NCBI GenBank assembly: GCA_963810445.1 | Contig: CAWENZ010000052.1 | Coordinates: 257-64,256 of the forward strand | Direction of reading: 5' to 3' | Origin: an uncultured Verrucomicrobiae bacterium | GTDB taxonomy: Bacteria > Verrucomicrobiota > Verrucomicrobiia > Verrucomicrobiales > Akkermansiaceae | DNA: 64,000 bases | Shown: one piece after another, positions 1 through 9,305 of the stretch | Position numbering within the stretch: position 1 is the first letter of the stretch | How the letters are laid out: every line of letters begins with the position of its first letter | Notes under the pieces: generated by a model | The model's input: only the letters and a program-made list of their open reading frames with translations | What the model was told of the DNA's origin: nothing | Databases searched by the model: none | Position numbers and translations under genes: made by a program

Positions 1-1539
1 CCGGGGATCGCTCAGGAATCCATCACCAACGGAGACTTTGCCGCTCCACGATATCGGCGACGGAGTGAGAATGGGTGCTCCCACACCCATCAAGTGGGAC
101 TACTGGACCACCGGAATTCCAGGCTGGACCGCGATCAACGGCACCAATATCGAGCTCCAAATCATCGATCCTAAACCAGAGTGCGGTGCCTACTGCGAGC
201 TAAAAGCCCACCCCGAAGGCAACAGTGGCATCAAACAGAAGATTGGAACGCGCAAGGATATGAGCTATCTCTTGCTTCTCGACTGCAAGGATCGAGCCAA
301 CATGTCCCCGGAGAACAGCAATTTTGACATTAAGATCGGCAGCTCTGAAAAAAGCATCACCTATACTGCTGCTGGTTCTTGGACAACCCAAGCCATTCCC
401 TTCAAAGCGAGCGACGTAATTACCGAACTTTCCCTAGTGCCAACCGGGCCTGACAACACACTTGGCTGCTTGGTGGATAATATCAGGCTCCTACCCGTTG
501 AGATAGAACAGCAAAACTATAGTTCTACTCAAGGAATCCGGTTCTGCCGATGGCTTGACGCTTTTACGGGAAACGCCCTAGACCCTGATTGCGCGGACGA
601 GGACCGCGACCGCTTCCGGGTTCGTATTCCCGCCGTGCTGCCGAATCTGACCAAAATCCACATTCGAAGCTTGGGGTTAGCGACTGCCGTGACCAATGGT
701 CAATGGTTGCCAAGAAGTTCAGACGGCGACTACGACGTGACAATAGCTGAGGAAAACGGTGCCATGGTGAGCACTTGGATGCTATTGGTGGGTGATGGCG
801 ATGACGATGTGAACTACAATGGCATAGGAACAGACAATGGGACAGACGATCAGACTATTTACGCGAATTTCAATTCGCCCATTGAGGTGACGCTCCCTGA
901 GTATCAGAACGCTAAAATGGTGTTTTCCGCTCAGAAGCCACTCGGCGACGTGGAAATACAACCATACTATCTTTCCCCCGCAGGTGATGTGCCTCCGACA
1001 TGGCGAACCTCATCACCAACCATCTCGAAAAAATGAAGGAGATCTATCGCCAGATCGGAGTTCGGGTCGGAAACTACGAGATCATGGGCAAGGCGGTTCC
1101 TCAGGAGTGGTTCGCTCCGGGCTCGAATGAGGTAGAGAACTATTTCACGCCATCGGAATCCAATCTCGCCAGAGTTGCGGTGCGTGGCATGGCGGTTCCT
1201 GGAAAACAAATCAGGATCGGTTTCGTGGATGCCACCGTGATGCAGGACGGCACTAGCTTCAATCAAGTGCGGGTGAGAGGTTTCACTGACACAGGAACAG
1301 ACGGCATTATCATTTCGATCGAGCTGAATGACGCTAGAACCGTTCTCGGAGTTACCGCCCATGAGGTGGGCCACGCGCTCGGGCTGGAGCATACGTCGGA
1401 CACATGGCATAGGTGGTTGATGAGAGGTGGCGGAGGCAACGTCATGCTTTGGGAAAATGAACCACTCGACTCGAAACGTTTCGAATCGGGAGATTTCGAC
1501 ATCATCAGCAACAACCAATCGTTCTATGTTCCCAATTAG
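1..1539 (+). CDS. 5'-truncated large protein with carbohydrate-binding-like domain and C-terminal metzincin Zn-metallopeptidase domain (frameshifted near 48 and 990)
   Basis: Frame 1 reads ITNGDF at the window start and continues in ORFs 38..1036 and 1000..1539; HEVGHALGLEH (HExxHxxGxxH) followed by an LM Met-turn; LLPVE linker. Confidence 0.65.
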
Positions 1540-2400
1540 TTCGAAAGCCGCCTGCGGAATTTGGTGTCTGCTCATGGTATGCGCCTCGGGGCAGGATGCT
1601 GCTCCCAATGCAGGTGATCGATTGGAAGCCGAATCCGCAGCACGGCTTCGCGAGTTCGCTAAAAACCACGACAGAGGTGGTCCCCGCCGTCCCATGTCTT
1701 CCGAGATGTTCGCGATCTCGAGAAATCCGGACCTGCTTAATAACCTGAGGGCGGAGGATCTGGCGAAGATGTCATTGGACGATCCCCTTTTGAAATGGGC
1801 CTACGCGAATGTGTTTCTGCGCTCATGGAGATTCCAACAGTTGGAGCCACCTCTGGAGTTGATACTGGCGGACATGCGCAGCAGGGGTGAGGCGGTCTCC
1901 CCCTTGCTGCTCAAACTGATGTCGCAAAATCAGGAGAATCGCATCGAAGACGCGGTTCTCATCAATATAGGCTATTTGGACACTGTCCGTATCGGACCGT
2001 TTCTGGAATACGCCCGCAGGCTTTTGCGCGAACGCATGAAGACCATGACCGCCGAGTCCGCTGGGGCGGCGGCTTACACTTTGGCGCGTAATGGCACGAG
2101 GGAGGACGAAGCACTGCTCGAACAGGTGATCAAAGAGAGGCCGTATATGACTTCCACCATCTCTACGGAGCTGAAAATCCTGAGGGCCAGACTGGATCCT
2201 CCCAGACCGAATCTCGTCCCGAGCGGCGGGAAAAACCGTCATCGGATGCCGGGAAGGCTACCGGCCCGGATAAGTTTACAAAGGATCATCCGCAGGACGA
2301 AGATCTCGCCAGACAGCTAGCAAACGCCTGGATCATTGGCAGCATGATCCTCTTGGTGCTGCTCGGCATTTACAGGCTGCTGCGCAAGCGTCCTTGCTGA
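1526..2400 (+). CDS. Hypothetical exported protein with C-terminal membrane anchor (frameshift after about 2220)
   Basis: ATG 1526 overlaps the upstream stop; signal-like N-terminus; alternative frame ends NAWIIGSMILLVLLGIYRLLRKRPC-stop at 2400. Confidence 0.55.
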
Positions 2401-2635
2401 AACCGAGAGCATTGATAGGGGCAGTAGTATCTGAGTGAAACAAGGTGTTTTTTTGACTTTTTCTTCAACCTGGATCTGGGCGCGAGGGTGCTTGCCAGAT
2501 CAATGGATTCGATTTGGCCTTACTGGTTCTGGGCCTCGCTGGATGTCGGCTTGCGGGACGGAAGGCGGGGGAAATGGGGTCAAATTACACGGATTAACAT
2601 GTTTTGTGAATCGGAGAGCATTGACCGTCTAGACT

Positions 2636-2882
2636 GGCCGCCGGGAAGAACTCGAGGCCGCGCTGCAGACTCTACACCCGCATGAAATACGACCTCGCCG
2701 TGCTCGCCGTCACCGACGTGGCTCTTCACCACAGCATGATTCTGGCCGTCGGCGATGATTCCGTGGTTTCCAAGCTGCCCTTCGAGCGCCTTGACGAGTC
2801 CCTCCTGCACGCGCCGGGCGTTGTCAGCCGCAAGCGCCAGATCTTCCCGGCAGTCTGTGAAGCGATCCAGTTGTCACGTTAG
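2636..2882 (+). pseudogene. ppaC: 3' fragment of Mn-dependent family II inorganic pyrophosphatase (DHHA2 domain)
   Basis: AVTDV...PGVVSRKRQIFP resembles the family II PPase GVVSRKKQ signature; no upstream DHH domain. Confidence 0.65.
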
Positions 2883-2951
2883 AAAATCGATCACTCTTGG
2901 CTTCCGCTCCTCGCGTGCTCCTGCGACACAGGCTGGACTGATAGAAAATTT

Positions 2952-3632
2952 TCAGCCTGCTTCGATCAACCGATAGCCGATCCCGGGTTCGTTGCGGATG
3001 ATCTCCTCGGAAATGCCTGCGGATTTCAATTTCCGCCGGAGGTGGGCGAAATGGACGCGCAGGTAATGCGCCTGGTCGGTCGCTTTCGGTCCCCAAACGG
3101 CGTTCAGCAGGTGGGTGTGGGTGAGCACCCTTCCCGAATGCCGTGCAAGTTGGGCGAGCAGGGAGAATTCGATGGGAGTCAGCGGGACGGGCGTGGCGTC
3201 GAAGGTCGCCTCGTGATTGGCGAGGTCGATGGCGAGCTTGCCGTGGGAAATCACCGAGTTCTCCTCGGGCGGCGTTACCCGGCGGAGGAGCGCCCGCATG
3301 CGGGCGAGGAGCTCCGAGGCATCGAATGGCTTCGTCAAATAGTCATCCGCGCCGAGGTCGAGCGCGCTCACCTTGTCGGCGGGATCCGGGCGGGCGGATA
3401 GGACGAGCACGGGCAGGCTGGTCCATTCCCGCAACCGTTTCAGCAACTCCAATCCGTTCATGTCGGGCAGACCGAGATCGAGGATCAGCAAATCCGGTTT
3501 CCGCAGCGCCAACTCGTGAAGCCCGTGCGACGCGTCTTCAGCGGATAGAACCTCGTGGCCCGCGCCCTCTAACACGATGCCGAGCAGGCGACGGATGGAG
3601 AGTTCATCGTCGATGACAAGGATGCGGCTCAT
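2952..3632 (-). CDS. kdpE: Two-component response regulator KdpE (OmpR family)
   Basis: Receiver DD/DLGLPD/K motifs, winged-helix end NEPGIGYRL; overlaps the kdpD stop. Confidence 0.93.
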   Translation of the reverse strand: MSRILVIDDELSIRRLLGIVLEGAGHEVLSAEDASHGLHELALRKPDLLILDLGLPDMNGLELLKRLREWTSLPVLVLSARPDPADKVSALDLGADDYLTKPFDASELLARMRALLRRVTPPEENSVISHGKLAIDLANHEATFDATPVPLTPIEFSLLAQLARHSGRVLTHTHLLNAVWGPKATDQAHYLRVHFAHLRRKLKSAGISEEIIRNEPGIGYRLIEAG

Positions 3633-6238
3633 GGGTCGGTGGGGATTTCCAAAGCGGTTCTCACAGGCAGGCGCAACACGAATTCCGCGCCGCCTCCCTC
3701 AGCATTGCTTGCAACAACCTCGCCGCCAAGCCCGCGTGCGAGGCCGCGCACGATGGACAGGCCAAGCCCGAGTCCGCCGGGACGGCTGGCGGTGCCACGG
3801 TGGAAGCGGTCAAACACCTTGGACGGATTTTCCAGTCCGGGCCCTTCGTCGCGGACACGGATCTCCAACATGCTATCGGCGGAAATGGCGGCTTGCAGGT
3901 GGACCGTCGTGGCGTCCGGCGTGTGATGGCCGGCGTTCGCGAGGAGATTTTCCAAAGCGGCGAGAAGCAATTCCGCGTCGATCCAGACCAGCGGTGGCGT
4001 GCCGGAAGCAATCCGGATTTCCAGAGTGTGTCCTTCCAACGAATCGGATGCGCGGTCGCGGGAGGTTTCCAACAGGTCTAGCAAGTCGCACCATTCCGGG
4101 CGGGCGGTCACGGCTCCGGATTCGACGCGTGCGGATTCGACGAGTTGATCCACCACACGGCGCAGGCGATTCTGGGCGGCACGCATTTCCGGCAGCAGCG
4201 CCTCCATTTTCGCGCCCGTTTCCAGCGCATCGATGCTGGTGCCGATGATCGCGACGGGTGTCCGGAGTTCGTGGGAAACGTGATCCAGCAAGGAGCGGCG
4301 GAGCTGGTCGCCGCGCTCGATGAATTCCGCGCGGTGGATGGCGCGCAGCAGGTGGTTCCGCTCCAGCGCGAGCCCGAGCTGTGCGGCGGCGGATGCGAGC
4401 TGGTCGCGTTCGGTTAGAGGCAAGGCGCGTTCGCCCGGATCGACGGAAAGCACCCCCATCACCAGTGCCCTGCCTTGCAGCGGGAGGTGCATCGCGGCGG
4501 CTTCCGCGAGGGTGGCGGTGCCTTTGCCGGCAATTTGCTTTTTCTCGAAGGTCCAGATCGAGACGGCGCGTTCTTTTTCGTTCAGCGGCAGCGTGCTGGC
4601 CGGGTGGGGAGGGAGAAGTTGCTGATCGATGTCGTCGCGGAGTTGGATTGCGCAGGGAAACTGGAAGAGCGAGGTCACCGCCGAGATGCAGCGGGTGACG
4701 GTTTCCTCGGTGTCGTGCGAGCCGGTTAGAATCGAGTTGATTTCCAACAACCGCGAGTAGTGCATTTGCTGGCGGGTCACGGAACGCTCGCGACGGCGAA
4801 GCCGGTTAGACAAATGGCCCATCGCGAGCGCGGCGACGGTGAGGGCCGCGAACATCGCGACATCGGACGACGAATCGATACGGAACGTGAAGAGTGGCTC
4901 GGTGAAAAAGAAATTCCACGACAACCCGGTGAACAGTGCTAACAAAAGCGTCCCCCATCCCCTGAGAAGCAGCGCACCGACGATCACGCCGCAGAGCATC
5001 ATTAGCGGAACGTGGCGTGGATCGATCATGCTGGCGCAGGCAAACGCGAGAGCGGTGACCAACACCGCCAATCCCACCGCCCGCAGCACTTCGGTGGGCC
5101 AATCCGTCGGAAGGATCCCGGGATCCCGGCCGGGAGACTTTGCCACGTGCTCCGCGACCGGCTCGATGGCGATGATGTCAATGTCGCCGCTTTGCTGGAG
5201 CAGGCGCAGGGCGGGAGGTTTCGAAATGAGATCCCGCCAACCATGGCGTGAGGATTTGCCGATCACGATCTGCGTCGCGCGTCGCTCGCGTGCGGCGATG
5301 AGCAGCCCGTCCACCAGCGAGATCGCTTCCACGGTGGACGCCTCCGCGCCGAGCTGGCGGGCGAGCGAAAGGTGGCGGGTGATCATTTCCTGATCCGCTA
5401 GAGTCAGCGGATCGTCGGTCGTCACGGCGATGGCGGACCAAGGGGCGTCCAGCGCGCCCGCCATCGCGCGGGTCCGACGGATCAGCGACGGTGAAAACGG
5501 ACTGGGACCGACTGCCACCAGCAGCTTGTCCGCGGTGCGCCAGGTCTTGCGGTCGCGGCGCTGGTTTTGGAATTCATTCAGGTCCACGCCCACGCGCTCG
5601 GCGGTGTAGCGAAGCGCGAGCTGGCGGAGCGCGGTGAGGTGGCTTTCCTTGAAAAAATTCGCGGCAGCGGCCTGGGCGCGATCTCCCAGATAGACCTTTC
5701 CTTCCTCCAGCCGCCGTTGGAGGTCGCGCGGTGTTAGATCGATCAGCTCAATGTCCTGCGCCCGGTCGAGAAACACGTCCGGCACGGTCTCCCGGACGGG
5801 TGCACCGGTGATGGCGGTGACGACATCCGCCCGGCTTTCCAGATGCTGGACATTGACGGTGGTGAGCACGTCGATGCCTGCCTCAAGGAGTTCGTCGACA
5901 TCCTGCCAGCGTTTCGCATGGCGCGATCCGGGAGCGTTGGTGTGCGCAAGTTCGTCCACCAGCGCGACCTTGGGCCGGCGGGCGAGCAGGGCGTCGAGGT
6001 CGAACTCGGCGAGTTCCGTCTCCCGATAGTGCAGCCGCGCGGGAGGCAGGACTTCCAGCCCTTCGAGCAACGCCGCCGTCTCCTTGCGGCCGTGGGTTTC
6101 GACCACGCCAGCGACCACGTCCACGCCCTGCGTCCGCAACTCGCGGGCGGCTTCCAGCATGGCGTAGGTTTTCCCGACGCCCGGGCACATGCCGAGGAAG
6201 ACCTTGAGGGTGCCGGAGGTGGTTTGCGGGTCGGTCAT
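3629..6238 (-). CDS. kdpD: K+-sensing histidine kinase KdpD
   Basis: GMCPGVGKTYAML, DELAHTN, Usp domain, four TM segments, SHELRTP H-box, G-boxes. Confidence 0.95.
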   Translation of the reverse strand: MTDPQTTSGTLKVFLGMCPGVGKTYAMLEAARELRTQGVDVVAGVVETHGRKETAALLEGLEVLPPARLHYRETELAEFDLDALLARRPKVALVDELAHTNAPGSRHAKRWQDVDELLEAGIDVLTTVNVQHLESRADVVTAITGAPVRETVPDVFLDRAQDIELIDLTPRDLQRRLEEGKVYLGDRAQAAAANFFKESHLTALRQLALRYTAERVGVDLNEFQNQRRDRKTWRTADKLLVAVGPSPFSPSLIRRTRAMAGALDAPWSAIAVTTDDPLTLADQEMITRHLSLARQLGAEASTVEAISLVDGLLIAARERRATQIVIGKSSRHGWRDLISKPPALRLLQQSGDIDIIAIEPVAEHVAKSPGRDPGILPTDWPTEVLRAVGLAVLVTALAFACASMIDPRHVPLMMLCGVIVGALLLRGWGTLLLALFTGLSWNFFFTEPLFTFRIDSSSDVAMFAALTVAALAMGHLSNRLRRRERSVTRQQMHYSRLLEINSILTGSHDTEETVTRCISAVTSLFQFPCAIQLRDDIDQQLLPPHPASTLPLNEKERAVSIWTFEKKQIAGKGTATLAEAAAMHLPLQGRALVMGVLSVDPGERALPLTERDQLASAAAQLGLALERNHLLRAIHRAEFIERGDQLRRSLLDHVSHELRTPVAIIGTSIDALETGAKMEALLPEMRAAQNRLRRVVDQLVESARVESGAVTARPEWCDLLDLLETSRDRASDSLEGHTLEIRIASGTPPLVWIDAELLLAALENLLANAGHHTPDATTVHLQAAISADSMLEIRVRDEGPGLENPSKVFDRFHRGTASRPGGLGLGLSIVRGLARGLGGEVVASNAEGGGAEFVLRLPVRTALEIPTDP

Positions 6239-6287
6239 GAAATAGTCATGGGGAAGTAAGATGTGGGCATGTTCAGGCATTCCTCAT

Positions 6288-6375
6288 AGCCCAAAGGGCT
6301 TCGACAAGCCAGCCCAGGGCAGCGCCCTGGGAGTGAAATCCAAATCCATATGAAGCCCTGAAAGGGCGGAACAAC
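6288..6375. repeat. Left 88-bp hairpin-rich terminal/REP repeat of the Y1 transposase element
   Basis: Hairpins AGCCCAAAGGGCT, CCCAGGGCAGCGCCCTGGG and AGCCCTGAAAGGGCG; inverted copy at 6873..6960. Confidence 0.85.
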
Positions 6376-6402
6376 AGTCTTGGTGGCATGTATGCATCCG
6401 CC

Positions 6403-6906
6403 ATGTCCCAGTCCCTCGCCCGCGTGGTGGTCCACCTGGTGTTCAGCACGAAGAACCGCGAGGCGTTCCTCGGAGATCGGGAAATCCGCGAGCGGCTCCA
6501 TGCCTACATGGCGGGGATTTTGCAGGAACTTCATTGCGATCCCATTTTGATCAATGGGGTGGAGGATCATGTGCATGTGCTTTGCAATCTGTCACGCAGT
6601 CTGGCCTTGGCGAAATTGGTGGAGGAGCTGAAAAAATCATCGTCGAAATGGATGAAGGACCAGGGTGCCGGGTTCGCAGAGTTTTATTGGCAGGCGGGAT
6701 ATGGCGTGTTTTCGGTCAGCCAGTCGAATGTGCAGGCGGTGAGGGATTACATCGCGGGCCAGGAGGAGCATCATCGGACGGTTTCGTTTCAAGAGGAATA
6801 CCGCGCGTTTTGTCGGAGGCACGGGGTGGCGTTGGACGAGCGGTATGCATGGGATGAGTCGGGGCGTTGTGGGTTGTTCCGCCCTTTCAGGGCTGGCAAT
6901 GCCTAG
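6403..6906 (+). mobile_element. tnpA: IS200/IS605-family Y1 (HUH) transposase, REP-associated (RAYT-like)
   Basis: HLVFSTKNR, DHVHVL (HUH), [15 protein letters not shown] catalytic Tyr; no tnpB; flanked by inverted palindromic repeats. Confidence 0.9.
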
Positions 6907-6960
6907 GCCGTTAGACCCGGGGCGTTGCCCCGGGCTGGCTTGTTCGGCCCCTTTGGGGCT
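6873..6960. repeat. Right 88-bp terminal/REP repeat, inverted relative to 6288..6375
   Basis: 6873..6894 is the exact reverse complement of 6354..6375 (22 bp); 6916..6960 matches 6288..6331 with compensatory stem changes. Confidence 0.85.
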
Positions 6961-7050
6961 TGGGCTTGGGCTTGGGCTTGGGCTTGGGCTTGGGCTTGGG
7001 CTTGGGCTTGGGCTTGGGCTTGGGCTTGGGCTTGGGCTTGGGCTTGGGCT
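6961..7050 (+). repeat. Perfect hexamer microsatellite (TGGGCT)15
   Basis: Directly counted: 15 exact units, 90 bp. Confidence 0.97.
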
Positions 7051-7082
7051 TGTTGTTTGTAAGGCTGGAAGGGGTGGCGGTG

Positions 7083-7620
7083 TTACCGGGCAGCGTCGAG
7101 GGCGAGGTTGAGTTCCAGGACGTTGACAAGGGCACCGGTTTTTCCCGTGAGCGGGCGTTTCACCTGATCGATCACAGCGCGAACCGCATCGGGGACGAGA
7201 CCGCGGGCGGCGGCCACCCGGGGAATCTGATAGTCCGCGGCTTCCAGCGAAATGTCGGGATCGAGACCTGAGCCGGAAGCGGTGACGAGGTCGGCAGGGA
7301 CGGGGTTGTCCAGAGTGGAACCGTAGATCGCGGCGCTGGCGGCGGCGCGGCCAGCGAGGAGCGGATTGGTGGGGCTGAGGTTCGACCCGGCGGCACGCGC
7401 GGGCGTCGTAGTCACAGGCGGAGGGACGGGGGTGGAAATAACGGTCGCTCGTGAATGCCTGGGCAATGAGCCGCGAGCCGACGACTTTTCCATGCGCGTC
7501 GGTGACGAGCGAACCGGCGGCTTTTTCCGGGACGAAGCCATCGGCGAAACTGAGGACGTTGAAGGTGTGGAACACCACGCAGAACACGATGCTGGTGAGG
7601 ATGAGGCGGAACGAGGTCAT
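7083..7620 (-). CDS. kdpC: K+-transporting ATPase subunit C (frameshift near 7400)
   Basis: [17 protein letters not shown] in one frame; [23 protein letters not shown] and [11 protein letters not shown] in another. Confidence 0.9.
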
Positions 7621-7635
7621 GACAGGTGATGGTGG

Positions 7636-9286
7636 TTAGAGGTTGGCGGCGAGGTGCTCGAACACCGGGCCGAGCAGTGCGACGGGAAAGAAGGTGAGCG
7701 CTCCCAGAAACAGGATCACCGCGAAGACCATCAGCCCGAAAGTCGGGGTGTCGGTGCGCAGCGTGCCTGAGGATTGCGCGACTTCCGGTTTCGCGGCGAG
7801 GGATCCGGCGATGGCCAAGGGCAGCAGGATGGGAAGGTAGCGGCCCAGTAGCATGACCAGACCGGTGGCGATGTTCCAGGCGCAGGTGGCGTCGCCGAGT
7901 CCTTCGAGCCCCGAGCCGTTGTTGGCGGCGGCGGATGAAAACTCATAGAGGATTTCCGAAAATCCGCGTGCGCCGGGGTTGTGGATGGTGTCCGCGCCCA
8001 TCGGTGTTAGGGCGAAGAGCGCGGTTCCGGTCAGAATGAGCAGCGGGTGGATGATGAAGGTCGCGGACGCGAGTGCCATTTCGCGCGCTTCCACCTTTTT
8101 CCCGAGATACTCGGGCGTCCGTCCGACCATCAGTCCGGCGACAAACACCGACAGGATCATGTAGAGGAAAAAATTGATCATGCCCACGCCCACCCCGCCG
8201 AAGGTCGAGTTGAGCCACATGCCCGAGAACGGACCTAACAAAGAGAGCGGATTGAGCGAGTCATGCATGGCGCCGACGGAGCCGTTGGACGTGGAGGTGG
8301 TCAGCACCGCCCACAGCGGGCCGGTCGCCGCGCCAAGGCGGAGTTCCTTGCCTTCGAGGTTCGCGCTTTCCGCGACGGGAAGACCGTGAAATGCCATGGT
8401 GGGGGCGGATTCCGGCAGCACGGTGATCACCACCTTGATGAGAAGAAACGCGAGCATGACCGCGACTATCACCCGGGCGTGGCGGGGCTTGCCGATGATT
8501 TGGCCAAAGGTGCCGACGCAGGCCATCGGGATCAGCGGGATGGCGATCATGGAAATGAGGTTGGTGACAATGTTAGGATTTTCAAACGGATGGGTGCTGT
8601 TGGTTCCGAAGAATCCGCCGCCGTTCGTTCCGAGTTGTTTGATGGCCAGGAACGCAGCCACAGGACCGCGTGCGATCATCTGGGTGGCGCCTTCCAAGGT
8701 GGTCGCGGTGGCAGAGCCTTCCAGCGTCATCGGGACTCCGGAGATCACGTAAACGAACGCCCAGAGTCGTGGCGAGCGGCAGCAGGAACAGGATCATGAT
8801 GCGCGCGGCATCATGCGCGAAATTTCCGAATTCCCGGTTCCCGGCGAGTCCGCGGGCCAACGCCACAAAGGCGGCGATGCCGGTGGCCGCAGAGGTGAAT
8901 TGCAACCACATCAGCGTGAGCTGGGACAGGTAGCTCAGCGTCGATTCTCCGGAGTAATGTTGGAGGTTCGTATTGGTGACGAAGGAGACGGCGGTGTTGA
9001 AAACGAGGTGCCACGGCATGCCTGCCATCCCGTCGGGGTTGAGCGGAAGATGTTGTTGGTTCGCGAGGATCAGGCAGGCGATGGCGAACATCATCGCGTT
9101 GAAGCCGAGCAGGCTGAGGAAATAGTGTTTCCACCCGCTGGTGCGTTGGATGCCATTCCCCAGAAGAAATGTTAGTTGTTTGTCAATGTAGCCCGTGCGG
9201 ACGGTCCAGGTGAGCCATTTGCCGATGGGCCAGGCGAGCGCGCCGACGAGCAGGAGAAAGGTGATGGAATAGAGGAGCGGATTCAT
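7636..9286 (-). CDS. kdpA: K+-transporting ATPase subunit A (frameshift near 8760)
   Basis: FNTAVSFVTNTNLQHYSGE, IKQLGTNGGGFF, TSNGSV, GRTPEYLGKK, SAAANNGS. Confidence 0.93.
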
Positions 9287-9305
9287 GGTGGTGGAGATTC
9301 AAGTT

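Noticed and set aside
6288-7050. CRISPR array
   Set aside because: Repeats are inverted hairpins or spacerless hexamers; no repeat-spacer periodicity and no cas genes.
6637-7271. ORFs with poly-(PS), (LG) or (KP) repeats
   Set aside because: Translations through the (TGGGCT)15 array, partly created by the kdpC frameshift; real kdpC stops at 7083.
7395-8770. Programmed frameshifting in kdpA/kdpC
   Set aside because: No slippery heptamer or stimulator seen, and similar indels occur in many unrelated genes.
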